The notes beneath the pieces were generated by a model. That model did not search any database. It saw only the letters and a program-made list of their open reading frames with translations, and was not told where the DNA came from. A stretch of DNA of 64,000 nucleotides from an uncultured delta proteobacterium (GTDB lineage Bacteria > Desulfobacterota > Binatia > UBA9968), in NCBI GenBank assembly GCA_963816145.1, contig CAWFJP010000030.1:224001-288000 (forward strand), given 5' to 3'. Shown here in pieces: positions 27,327-37,171 of the stretch; position 1 is the first letter of the stretch; the number at the start of each line of letters is the position of its first letter. The translations under genes and the position numbers were made by a program.

Positions 27327-28361
27327 TTACTTTGTCAGTCCCAGCCCCTGCAAAAATCCCGAGATCTTTAGATAGTCCGCAAACGAATTATCGATGAACT
27401 CTGCCGGGTGCGCGTCTTTGGCGCGGGGAAACTCTTTTTCGTCGAGGTAGCTCAACTGGCTCTGAATCGGCTCGCTGCGCACAGCGAGAGCATTGTCCCA
27501 GTAGGGCGAGAATTGTTCGTAGGTGCCGTCGATGATTTTGGCATCGTCGCTGTCGGTGTATTTAGCGATCGCTTTTTTCGCTATAGCCGGACTTTGTTTC
27601 GCTAACACCGTCGCTTCGGCAACGGCTTGGAGAAAAGCGTAGAGCGCATTGGGATAAGCTTTGATAGTCTTTTCCGTGGTGCCGTAAGCCAGATGAAATC
27701 CCGGCACATTGGCCTGGGCGATATCGATCAGCAGACTCAGTCCGGCGTCGCGCGCTTTCAGCGTGTTCGGCGCCGACAAGGTCCCAGCCGCGGTGTTACC
27801 GTTGATCACCGCGGTAAGGATCGCCGGAATGGTTTGCAGATAGATGAAGCTCACGTCCTTTTCCGAAATCACCGCGGTCTTCTTGAGCGCTTCGCGGGTC
27901 GCTATTTCCGTCGATGTTTTGGGCGTCGTCACCGCGACGGTTTTGCCCTTGAGGTCGGCCAGCGATTTAACCCCCTTGCCACCCCAAAGTTGAAAGACAA
28001 AGCGTTGCAGCGTGCCGCCGATGTATTTCGCCGGCACGCCTTGTAAGCGCGCGTTGACCAACTCCGGGCCGGTGGAAATCACATCCAACTCGCCGGCTAT
28101 CAGTGCTTGATGCGCGACCTGTGAGTTGAGAATTTTCAAAGTCGCATCGAGGCCATGTTTTTTGAACAGCCCCGCTTCCTGCGCCAGCCAGAGCGGCGTG
28201 AACGCGCCGCTCGCTTGGGTGTATGACAGCGTGAAATTGCTTTTCTCCGGTTTGCCGCCGAGCTGGGCGAGACTGAGCGCCGGGAAGGACGCGATCAAGA
28301 ACAAAACGAATGACAATGCGTCGATCACACTGCGACGATGGCTGCGATCTGACAATAACAT
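27327..28361 (-). CDS. ABC-type substrate-binding protein (SsuA/NMT1-like)
   Basis: Signal peptide; PLWLAQEAGLFKKHGLD, DLKGKTVAV, FIDNSF. Confidence 0.87.
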   Translation of the reverse strand: MLLSDRSHRRSVIDALSFVLFLIASFPALSLAQLGGKPEKSNFTLSYTQASGAFTPLWLAQEAGLFKKHGLDATLKILNSQVAHQALIAGELDVISTGPELVNARLQGVPAKYIGGTLQRFVFQLWGGKGVKSLADLKGKTVAVTTPKTSTEIATREALKKTAVISEKDVSFIYLQTIPAILTAVINGNTAAGTLSAPNTLKARDAGLSLLIDIAQANVPGFHLAYGTTEKTIKAYPNALYAFLQAVAEATVLAKQSPAIAKKAIAKYTDSDDAKIIDGTYEQFSPYWDNALAVRSEPIQSQLSYLDEKEFPRAKDAHPAEFIDNSFADYLKISGFLQGLGLTK

Positions 28362-28506
28362 CGGTTCCCCCTTGCTGAAGCGTCGATATCAGATCGTCGA
28401 TGGCGCCGTCAATCCGGCTAGCCGCAGATGAGCCGGAGCAACGAAGAACTCTCACGCATTGCGGTCGGCTACCGCCACGTGGTAGACGAATCCGGAGGAT
28501 GAATTC

Positions 28507-28902
28507 ATGGCCAAGATCAAGCATATCGCGATCAGAACCAACGATATCGAAAAAACCGCCGCCTTCTACAGAGAAGCCTTCGGTCTCGAACAGGTCGGCG
28601 TCGGCCAGAGCGGTATCTATCTGACCGACGGCTATCTCAACATCGCAATCCTCAACATGCGCGGGGTGGTCGAGGGCGAGACCATGAAGTTGGGCGTTGA
28701 TCATGTCGGCTTTCAAGTCGATGATGTCGACGCGACGGTGGAAAAGATTCGCAGCCTCGGCGGCAAGCCGCTCAACCCGCGCAACGAAGTCCGCCACAGC
28801 GATCCGTCCAAGCCGCAGTCTTACTTCGAGGTCAAATGCGTCGCTCCTGACGATCAGGTCATCGATGTTTCCAACGCCGGCTGGGTCGGCGCCAGTAAGT
28901 AA
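28507..28902 (+). CDS. VOC family protein
   Basis: KIKHIAI, FYREAFGL, GVDHVGFQVDD; SD GGAGG. Confidence 0.88.
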   Translation: MAKIKHIAIRTNDIEKTAAFYREAFGLEQVGVGQSGIYLTDGYLNIAILNMRGVVEGETMKLGVDHVGFQVDDVDATVEKIRSLGGKPLNPRNEVRHSDPSKPQSYFEVKCVAPDDQVIDVSNAGWVGASK

Positions 28903-28992
28903 GTCTGCGCTCGAATCGATCCGCCGATTAGCTGGCAGTGCGCGCTAAAGCGAGATAACTATTATTTTCGTCCCAGCGATCGGCGACGCACC

Positions 28993-30282
28993 TTGGTGAA
29001 GCTCAACGACTTAAGAAAGCGCATCGCCGGCCTCTATTATGGGTGGCGCATGATCGGCGTCGTCTCGGCGCTGCGCATCCTCGGCGGCGGCCTGCATCAA
29101 TACGGCTTTACGGTTTTCTTTCTGCCGGTCACTCAGGACCTCGGCCTCACTCGCGCTTCCACCGCGCTCGCCTTTTCTCTGGCGCGGGCCGAGGGTTCGC
29201 TGACCGCGCCCATCGTCGGCTACTTGCTCGACCGCTATGGGCCGAAGCCGCTCATGCTCGCCGCCGCTGGATTTGCCGGCGTCGGCTATATTCTATTTTC
29301 GTTCGTAACCGATTACACGACTTTCTTGATCGTCTATTTGGGCGTGATCTCTCTCGCCTTCAATGCCGGCTTCGTCCATGCGCCCACGGTGGTCGCCAAC
29401 AGTTGGTTTATCGCCCTGCGCGCCCGCGCCATGACCGTCGTCAGCGCCGCTGTGCCGGTTGGCGGCGCGTTGATCACGCCCCTGCTGGCCATTGCAGTGC
29501 AGAATCTCGGCTGGCGCTGGGCGGCGCTGCTCGCCGGCGTGCTCTTTCTCGTCGCGGGTCTGCCATTGTGCCTGGGCATTCACCGCTCCCCTGAAAGCAT
29601 CGGCATGCAGCCGGACGGCGCGCCGCTCCAGTCCACAACGAACGACGGCAATGTAGACGAAAAACAGACGGCGCACGGCGCTGGTCCCGATGTCACCGCG
29701 CGGGAAGCGTTTCGCTCCCCGATCTTCTGGAATCTGATCTGCTCGATGACCTGCCGCTCGGTCGCGTTCACGACCGTGACGACTCATTTCATTCCGATGA
29801 TGGTCTGGAAAGGCATGAGTCAGACCGAAGCTTCGGTGCTGCTCGCCGGATTCGCGCTGATCAATCTGCCGATTCACTTTCTGCTCGGCTGGATCGCGGA
29901 CTTCGTCAACAAGCCCAAGCTGGTCACCATCTGCCTGTTCCTAGGTGTCGTCGCAGTCTTGCCGATGTTGTGGAGCAACTCGCTTTGGGCGTTGTGGTTC
30001 TTCACCGGACTCTACAGCGTGCTTGACGCGTCGATCCCGGTTTTTTGGGCTTCGGTGGGAGACTTCTTCGGCCGCAAATCCTTCGGCACAATCCGCGGCA
30101 ACATGAATCTCTTCTACACCTGGGGCTCAATCCTCGGCCCTTTCCTCGCCGGCGCGATCTACGATCAGACCCAGAGCTACGCTCTTGTCTTCACCGGCAT
30201 CACCGTATCGCTCGTCATCTCCACCGCCATGACGGCGCTCTTGATCAAACCGTGGGCGAAACTTGGAAATAGAGTTGGATGA
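28993..30282 (+). CDS. MFS transporter
   Basis: YYGW, GYLLDRYGPK motif A, about 12 TM, DFFGRKSFGTIRG. Confidence 0.9.
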   Translation: MVKLNDLRKRIAGLYYGWRMIGVVSALRILGGGLHQYGFTVFFLPVTQDLGLTRASTALAFSLARAEGSLTAPIVGYLLDRYGPKPLMLAAAGFAGVGYILFSFVTDYTTFLIVYLGVISLAFNAGFVHAPTVVANSWFIALRARAMTVVSAAVPVGGALITPLLAIAVQNLGWRWAALLAGVLFLVAGLPLCLGIHRSPESIGMQPDGAPLQSTTNDGNVDEKQTAHGAGPDVTAREAFRSPIFWNLICSMTCRSVAFTTVTTHFIPMMVWKGMSQTEASVLLAGFALINLPIHFLLGWIADFVNKPKLVTICLFLGVVAVLPMLWSNSLWALWFFTGLYSVLDASIPVFWASVGDFFGRKSFGTIRGNMNLFYTWGSILGPFLAGAIYDQTQSYALVFTGITVSLVISTAMTALLIKPWAKLGNRVG

Positions 30283-30391
30283 CCATATTTCTTCCCTTTG
30301 CGAGCGCGCCGTCGGCATGTATGCTAAGGGGAAGGAAGGGAAACGCCCCGTTGTATGCAATGACGCTGGCTGTTCCGAGGTAAGGTAAACC

Positions 30392-30670
30392 GTGGCCGCC
30401 GCCCCGATCGTCGACTTTATACTCACCGACCACGCAATCCGCGAGCTGGCAAGGCGGGGCATGGATAAACAAGACTTAGACGGCGTGCTAAAAAATCCGG
30501 GCCAGCGTTTGGACGTGCGGCCGGGTCGTGTCGTGGTGCAGTCCAAAACTCAACAGGATGGAACTGAATATTTGCTGAGGGTCTTTGTCGATATCGACCG
30601 TAACCCAGCCGAGATAGTGACGGCTTACCGGACGAGCAAAGTTACGAAATATTGGAGGGATCAGCCATGA
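30392..30670 (+). CDS. DUF4258-like putative toxin (RelE/BrnT-like)
   Basis: LTDHA...RRG, LLRVFVD, IVTAYRTSK..KYW; ATGA overlap with the next gene. Confidence 0.75.
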   Translation: MAAAPIVDFILTDHAIRELARRGMDKQDLDGVLKNPGQRLDVRPGRVVVQSKTQQDGTEYLLRVFVDIDRNPAEIVTAYRTSKVTKYWRDQP

Positions 30671-30867
30671 AAGTTTTCTACGATCCGCATACAGACACGC
30701 TGAACGTAATCCTGAAGGACAACGTAGCCGTTCACGAAAGCGACGAGGATAAGCCTGGCATTATTCTCGACTACGACAGGGAAGGTAATCTAATCTCACT
30801 AGAGATTCTCGACGCCTCGAAGCGTGTCACTGATACCCGTAAGGTGGATTTTCAACTGGCTGAATGA
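30667..30867 (+). CDS. DUF2283 family protein (putative antitoxin)
   Basis: MKVFYDPHTDTL.VIL...ESDE...IILDYD..GN..SLEILDASKR. Confidence 0.85.
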   Translation: MKVFYDPHTDTLNVILKDNVAVHESDEDKPGIILDYDREGNLISLEILDASKRVTDTRKVDFQLAE

Positions 30868-30870
30868 CAC

Positions 30871-31072
30871 ATCCTTCGGCACGATCCGCGGCAACATGAA
30901 TCTCTTCTACACCTGAGGCGCCATCCTCGGCCCTTTCCTCGCCGGCGCGATCTACGATCAGACCCAGAGCTACGCTCTTGTCTTCACAGGGATCACGATA
31001 TCGCTATTGATCTCGACGGCGATGACAGCGCTGCTGATCAAGCCGTGGGCAAGACTTGGAACGTCAGCTTAG
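30871..31072 (+). pseudogene. Diverged duplicate of the MFS gene 3' end (30078-30282)
   Basis: Codon-aligned copy with mostly synonymous changes, a TGG-to-TGA nonsense at 30914 and its own TAG. Confidence 0.92.
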
Positions 31073-31256
31073 ATAGTAAATCACACGATTCCGTTAGATT
31101 GATAAGATTGTTATGTCAAACCCAGCGTGCTCCTTAGCGTATTAGCAGCGAGACCTACAGATCATTTCTGCCCTGTCGCAGGAGCGGCGCAAATAAGGAA
31201 ACAAACAAAGCCTGGCGCTGATGCGTCCCACGGAACAGAGCTCGAAACATAGCCTG

Positions 31257-34200
31257 TTAGTTATCCATTGGTCGCAGGTTAATTGCCCGAGCACCCTCCA
31301 TGGAAAAGCCAACCTCAAACGTTACCGGTGATCCTAGAGCCAAAGCGTCAAAATATCGCGGCAAAGAGCCCGTAACATGCCCTAAGACTTCTACCTCGAG
31401 TAGAGGTGTCTCGATCAACACATATGTAGCCTCCTTGCGGCGAATCTTGCCTTCAAAGCGAGAAACTATTCCGTTTTCGCCCTTAAGCGGTGCACGCACT
31501 CTTCTTCTAAACCGAGGCTCAATTGGCGCATTTTTTAGTGACTGAAAAATGCGGCCTGACTCGTCGTAACCCCTTGCCACGAACATTTCTCGGGCGTACC
31601 AAAATTGGGCATCGAAATTCGAATCACCCTCAGTGAAGCTTCGCTTCAAATGATCCAATATTAACTCCCGCGACGAGACATCTCCCTTTGCCATTAGAAT
31701 CCGGGCAAATTCTAAATGAGCGGCCTTACTACTCGGATTTTGGTTTAAACATTCACGCAAAAGTTTAATTGCTGCTTCATAATCCCCCCTCGCATTAAAT
31801 TTCCTGGCTAACCGTACAGCTATCCAGTCTTGTCTTGGATTCAAACTAAACGCGACACGAAGCGCACGCTCCGCCTTTTCGTGTTGGTCGATAAGCTCTC
31901 GGAACTGTGCTTCTGCTGTCTGCAATGCAGAGTCCTCTGGAAATCGTTGCAAACCCTCCTCAAGTATTCTTTCTGTCTCACGAGTAATCTCAACAACCTT
32001 CCGCTGAATAAGATCATCGTCCGGCTTGAATTCTAAGTCATCGAGCGATTCTCGAAGCTGGTCAAGCATCAACAAAGATTTAGTGTGAAACCCCCTTGAT
32101 TCGGCGCCGGGTCCGGTTAAGTCCACCAACTTGTCAAAGGCTTGTTCGCGCAAATGTTGCCGTAAAAGTGGGTTAGTTGCCTTTAACGATAACTCCCGAG
32201 ATAAGACAGCCTCCGAGTGTTTTATCAATGGATCAGAGGGGCGCATACGTGAAGCTGCATCTAAATACTTTTTTGCAAGCTCCAGACTACCTCCTTCGTG
32301 ATTCATTTCAAAAATTGCGTGTTGTTGCAGTAAATACGGATCCTCACCGGCAATCTCATGTGCTGCATCATAAAACCGTCTACCCAACTCCTGGGACCGA
32401 AAGGTATCGCCAACGTTTCTACCCCTGACCAATTGCCAAAATGCCGTCGAATCACACGCGTAGTCGAGATTTAAACCTTTTAAGAGTCGCAAAAGCACGT
32501 CAAACCGCTGTTCTGGATCCACCAATACCTGCTCGAAAACCAACTGCGCTACGTGTTGATGGCGAGCCGCATACATCATATCACCGCTATATTTGTCGTG
32601 CCTCGCAGTTAACACATGTTCTAACGGCAGAAAAAACCGGTCTCGAAATTCGTTGAAGCGAATACCACTAACCCTAGATATTAATCCCGCTCGAACGGTC
32701 ACACCTAAACGATTAAGAGCGCAGACATCTAGATACAATAGTTGAGCCTCGGTAGGCGAAATACCTCTGTACTCATCCAACAGAATTTCCTCGAACGGTC
32801 GCCCCAACGTCAATTCGTGAAGAGCAACGAGCAGCTGTCGTTCCGCACGTTTGACAAAAGCGTCCAAGCGCTCGGGAAAGGTGAGGTTTTCGAGCAATCC
32901 AAGAGCACGATGTGACTCAAGAAGTTCCAAAAGATCGCGGATTTCACGTTCGTTAAGAAACCGAACCGGAAACTCATTGCTTACGAACGGATCCAAATCA
33001 GCACACCGAATATTCCATTCGTTATCACGTTCCGCACCAATAATCGTAACTGGCAATTTCTCCGCCTTGCAGCTTCTGAGTAAAGCCTTTACCTCGTCAC
33101 GAAATGTAGCAACTCGGTCAACAAAACAAAAAATGCGTTGTTTTGTAAGTGCGGAAACTTCACGAATAGCATCAAATCGGAGAGAGCCACCGGCTTTCAA
33201 AAACATTACGACCTTTTCAAATTCATGTGCAGCTTCCCATGCTATTCTCTTCAAGCAGACCGTTTTTCCATTTCCCGCCGGCCCTTTCAACACATAGAAA
33301 TCTACAAGATCAGATCGTTGCTCTTCTTCTGGTAAAATCGCGTCGACTATTACCGTGTCAGTTATAGCTCTTCGCGCGTCTAATTTTTGAGCTATACACC
33401 CCCATCCTAAATCGTAACCCCGATAAAATTCTGCTGGACGCTGCGATTGAATTGGCATGTCAGGAAATACATGATCCACATCATCGGACAAAAAAGAAAG
33501 AAGCAGATCGCTCTCATTCGGATGAGCGACACCGAAATACGCACGTAGTGATGACTTTCCACCACCGTAGGACCGGGGCAAAATCCTTTGGTTCTTGGGA
33601 ATTGCTTGGCTAATCGCTTCGAGAAATTTGTCAAACGTGGCATCAATTGGTGTAACTCGTTGCCGCGTCCAATAGCGCTTTTCAACATCTTCCAAATTCG
33701 GAGCTACGCAGAAGTAGCCCGGCCGATGCAGGTTTTCATCGAATAAATCAAACAGAATCGCCTGGATATGGGGGTCACTTACTGAATAGCCACAGAAAAT
33801 AAAAGGAAACTCTCGCCCCCAATCTCGAACTCGTTCAAAAAGGCGACTGCGCTGCTGCGACCATTTTGCGTATTGTTCCGTCGCTAAGATGAATGGCGCG
33901 TCACGGTCATAAGGATGTCCGATACAACCATGCAATTTTACATATTGTAATGGAAAGGGATATTTCTTCATCTCCGTTTCTATTAATTGACCATTTTTGA
34001 AAAACGGAATCAGCTGCTGGAGTTTCTCCCCCTGCTTGTCGTAAGCACTCTCGATAACAAGATCCAAATTCGTACTTATGATTGCATGCCAGCGAAACGT
34101 CGGAATCAGCTTGTGAAATTCGGCAGCCGAAAACTCTTTGAGTATTTCCGCAACGAAAAGCTGAACCTGATCGAGGCTGGCTTCGTTAGCGGCAAGCTCA

Positions 34201-34397
34201 GCGACTTCGGACAGACCTCGATGCCTGAGCTTACCCCCCAAGAAATGATCACAGATCTGATCCCGAAGCTCTGGGCCCGTGGGAATAGACGCCGCTCGTG
34301 GATGTAAAGCACCGCGGCTTGCGCCTGCTCCAAGGAATAACACTGCTCGTTGCTCCGAGACAGCGGCAATTAGGGCCGGTGGTAGTTCGATATCCAT
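31257..34397 (-). CDS. SIR2-like NADase - STAND/P-loop NTPase - TPR - C-terminal OB/cold-shock-like domain; Avs5-like anti-phage protein
   Basis: LFLGAGAS, STNLD, KLHG, GYS..D (SIR2_2); GPAGNGKT and FCFVD (Walker A/B); helical repeats; VTFEVGFS..GARA OB-like end; visibly AT-richer than its flanks. Confidence 0.8.
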   Translation of the reverse strand: MDIELPPALIAAVSEQRAVLFLGAGASRGALHPRAASIPTGPELRDQICDHFLGGKLRHRGLSEVAELAANEASLDQVQLFVAEILKEFSAAEFHKLIPTFRWHAIISTNLDLVIESAYDKQGEKLQQLIPFFKNGQLIETEMKKYPFPLQYVKLHGCIGHPYDRDAPFILATEQYAKWSQQRSRLFERVRDWGREFPFIFCGYSVSDPHIQAILFDLFDENLHRPGYFCVAPNLEDVEKRYWTRQRVTPIDATFDKFLEAISQAIPKNQRILPRSYGGGKSSLRAYFGVAHPNESDLLLSFLSDDVDHVFPDMPIQSQRPAEFYRGYDLGWGCIAQKLDARRAITDTVIVDAILPEEEQRSDLVDFYVLKGPAGNGKTVCLKRIAWEAAHEFEKVVMFLKAGGSLRFDAIREVSALTKQRIFCFVDRVATFRDEVKALLRSCKAEKLPVTIIGAERDNEWNIRCADLDPFVSNEFPVRFLNEREIRDLLELLESHRALGLLENLTFPERLDAFVKRAERQLLVALHELTLGRPFEEILLDEYRGISPTEAQLLYLDVCALNRLGVTVRAGLISRVSGIRFNEFRDRFFLPLEHVLTARHDKYSGDMMYAARHQHVAQLVFEQVLVDPEQRFDVLLRLLKGLNLDYACDSTAFWQLVRGRNVGDTFRSQELGRRFYDAAHEIAGEDPYLLQQHAIFEMNHEGGSLELAKKYLDAASRMRPSDPLIKHSEAVLSRELSLKATNPLLRQHLREQAFDKLVDLTGPGAESRGFHTKSLLMLDQLRESLDDLEFKPDDDLIQRKVVEITRETERILEEGLQRFPEDSALQTAEAQFRELIDQHEKAERALRVAFSLNPRQDWIAVRLARKFNARGDYEAAIKLLRECLNQNPSSKAAHLEFARILMAKGDVSSRELILDHLKRSFTEGDSNFDAQFWYAREMFVARGYDESGRIFQSLKNAPIEPRFRRRVRAPLKGENGIVSRFEGKIRRKEATYVLIETPLLEVEVLGHVTGSLPRYFDALALGSPVTFEVGFSMEGARAINLRPMDN

Positions 34398-34577
34398 GGG
34401 CGTGCCTTCTAATCCTTTTCCTTTGAGAATTCGGGTCAGCCGTAACAACTACATTAATCTATTTGCTTTTCGCGCGCGACCTTGCCAACGCCGCTACTAG
34501 CGGTCACTGCAGCTTTTGGATCCACTCAAATGAGTACTGGGATCATTAGAAACCCCAACAGGATCACGTCTTGCCTA

Positions 34578-35574
34578 TTAACCTTCTCCTTCGGATCTAG
34601 CGAAGTACGCTCTTAGCACCCGCATCATGTTGCCGCCGAGGATCTTGCCGATCGCCTCGTCGGAATAATTGCGCCGCTGAAATTCCGCCGCCAAATTGTC
34701 GCGGTCCAGCAGTTTGGCGCCGATGCCGTTGCGCCGCACGACGCGGTCGTCACTCCAGTCGCGCTTTTTGAGCTCCGCCGCGTAGGACGGCAGATACGGC
34801 GCGATGCGCTTGGTGTCTTTGTACGAGCGGTGATAATCGTCTTGCGCCGCCACGCCGATGTGATCGACGCCGACGAGCTTGACGCAGTAGTCGACCCAAT
34901 CGACATATTCGCCGACGCTGGTATTGGCGCGCACGTCCTGGCAGATCACCCCGCCCCGCTTCGCCGCCGCGACGATCAGCGGATCGGGCGCGCTGCGCGG
35001 CCGGTTGAACAGCGTGCGGCTAGTGGAGTGGCTGAAGATCACCGGCTGCTCGGACAATTCCAACGCTTCAAGGGCCGTGCGGTCGCCGGAATGCGACAGA
35101 TCGATGACGATGCCAAGGCGATTCATACGCTTGATCGCTTGGCGGCCGAGCGATGTGAGTCCGCTGTCGACCTCGCTGGCATGGCCGCAGCCGTAGTAGC
35201 TGTTTTCGCTGAAGGCCAGGGACAGACAGCGCAAACCCAAATCGAAGAAGGCATCGAGCAGTCCCAAACTGTCGCTCAACGCTTTGGGATTCTGCAGACC
35301 CGAGCAGCACTCCCACTTTGTTGCGACTCTCCTCGCGATCAAGATCGGCGCCGCTGCGCAGAATATACGCCTGGGGATGCTCGCGCACGATCGCCTTGAC
35401 GATTTCAAAGTTCTCGATGCTTTCAATCGTGTCGTCCCATGTCAGATTGGCGGTGCAACCGACCACCGCGACGTCTTGGCCCAGCAGTTGATCGATAAAC
35501 GGCGCCGACAAATCCTCCGGCCAGGGCGCGCCGAGACAGTTGACCACGCCACCATTGAATGCGCTTGTACTCAT
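34578..35574 (-). pseudogene. Membrane dipeptidase (peptidase M19) family gene with a single frameshift
   Basis: MSTSAF...KVGVLLG joins LQNPKAL...GLTSLGR...IDLSH...FSH...GVDHIG...KILGGN once one G near 35300 is removed. Confidence 0.8.
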
Positions 35575-35696
35575 GAGCAACTCCTCGATCGATACCGATT
35601 TACGCCCCAAGCCGTAATCGAATTCGTCTCCACGCGCAAGCCGACAACCGGTAAATTCCTTTGACTTGCACAACTCGACCATGTTACCTCGGCTCC

Positions 35697-36776
35697 ATGG
35701 CCAACCCACCCGCAAGTTTCACCGGCGAGATCGGCATTCATTATCCGCTCCACGTGCTCAACCGCTACTCGCTGCCGAAACTCATCGGCCTTGCCGAGCG
35801 CGCCCGACAAATCATGGGGCCCTTCGGCTTCACGCGAGTTTGGACCAACGATAATTTGGAATATCGCAGCGTGATGGCTAGCTCCGCAGCGATCCTGGCC
35901 AAGGTGCCGGTAAAGCTCGGCACCGCGGTGACGGTGCCCTACTTTCGCAACCCCATCGATGTGGCGATGGCGTTTGCCACCATGTCCGAGTTAGCCAACG
36001 GCAAAGAAATCTCCCTCGGCCTGGGTCCAGGTTCGCGCTCGATCTTGACGCGTCACGTCGTCCGCGCCAAACCGCTGACGATCATGGCGGAACTGGCGGT
36101 CGCTCTACACACGTTGTTTGCCGGCGACACGCTCGAGCGCCGGGACATTCCAACCTTGGCCGACTATTTTCATTTGAACTCGGAACGCTACGCGCTGCGC
36201 TTCAAAACTCCGGCACCGATCCATCTCTACTACGGACCGAGCCTGCTCAAACCGACGGTGCTCGATCTGGTGGCGCGCCATTTCGACGGCGTGATTTTGC
36301 AAACGCTTTACGGCATCGACGATATGGAAGCTTCACTTTCACGGCTCAATGCCGCGCGGGTTCAAGCCGGCGCCGCTGAGCCGCTGCGCAGAACCATGCT
36401 GCTCAACGCTTCAGTATCGCGCGACGCCGAGGCCGCGCGCCAGCACGCGAAACGCTTCGTGTCGCATATCGTCTCGGGTTGGCCAGACGACGCCCTGCTA
36501 GCCAAGGGAATCGATCCCAGGGCGATCCAGGCTGTGCGCCAGGCCTACGCGGAAAATCGCGGCGTCGACGAAGCCGCCGCGCTCACTCCCGACGACGCGG
36601 TCGATCGCCTGATCATCGCCGGCACGCCGGCGCAGTGCATGGACCGGCTGGGCCAGCTATTTGCCGTGGCGGCGCGCCACGGCTTCAGCGAAATCGCCAT
36701 CGGCGTGCCACTCGGCCCGGACGTTCCCGAAGCGATCGACCTGTGGGGCAACGAGATTCTGCCCGCGCTTAAGTAA
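35697..36776 (+). CDS. LLM-class flavin/F420-dependent oxidoreductase (Mer-like)
   Basis: GFTRVW..D, LGTAVTVPYFRNP, LGLGPG, IAGTP..C, IGVPLGPD. Confidence 0.8.
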   Translation: MANPPASFTGEIGIHYPLHVLNRYSLPKLIGLAERARQIMGPFGFTRVWTNDNLEYRSVMASSAAILAKVPVKLGTAVTVPYFRNPIDVAMAFATMSELANGKEISLGLGPGSRSILTRHVVRAKPLTIMAELAVALHTLFAGDTLERRDIPTLADYFHLNSERYALRFKTPAPIHLYYGPSLLKPTVLDLVARHFDGVILQTLYGIDDMEASLSRLNAARVQAGAAEPLRRTMLLNASVSRDAEAARQHAKRFVSHIVSGWPDDALLAKGIDPRAIQAVRQAYAENRGVDEAAALTPDDAVDRLIIAGTPAQCMDRLGQLFAVAARHGFSEIAIGVPLGPDVPEAIDLWGNEILPALK

Positions 36777-36878
36777 AAGACTCTACCGGTTTTCCCGTGG
36801 GAAAGTTTTCATCTTCCATGCATCGAAGAATTTGAAAAATGCCCCGCTAAAACGTGACGGCGCAAAATCAAACCTTCT

Positions 36879-36936
36879 GTCATTTCGACCGAAGGGAGAA
36901 ATCTGTCTTAGATCCCTCGCATTCGCTCGGGATGAC
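36879..36936. repeat. GTCAT..CGA..G.AG.GAG..ATCT REP-like inverted pair
   Basis: gtcatttcgaccgaagggagaaatct ... agatccctcgcattcgctcgggatgac; same family at 22329-22408, 45004-45029 and 59722-59789. Confidence 0.7.
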
Positions 36937-37019
36937 GGGCAGCCGCCCATCTCCTTTGCGATCCTTGCGCCTTTGCGGGAGACGTTCTGAAATTCCCGTT
37001 CGTATTCGCCGCATTTAGA

Positions 37020-37124
37020 TCACTTATAAAGCCCGCCGACAAAACCGCTCTTGTCGAGCCGCTGCAACATCCGGTCGTGGTAAAAACGCACCGGGTCGGT
37101 TTTCCGCCCCCGGGAGATTTTCAT
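37020..37124 (-). pseudogene. Internally deleted remnant of an SsuA/NMT1-type binding-protein gene (34 codons)
   Basis: SD GAGGAG plus MKISRGRKTDPVRFYHDRMLQRLDKSGFVGGLYK*; the tail matches the C-termini of the SBPs in this window. Confidence 0.65.
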
Positions 37125-37171
37125 GGCGATCTCCTCTTTTGTCCATCAAGGATTCTTCGATCTCACGACCC

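Noticed and set aside
31073-34577. Integron cassette or IS boundaries around the SIR2-STAND gene
   Set aside because: No convincing attC palindrome, terminal inverted repeats, target duplication or integrase was found by eye.
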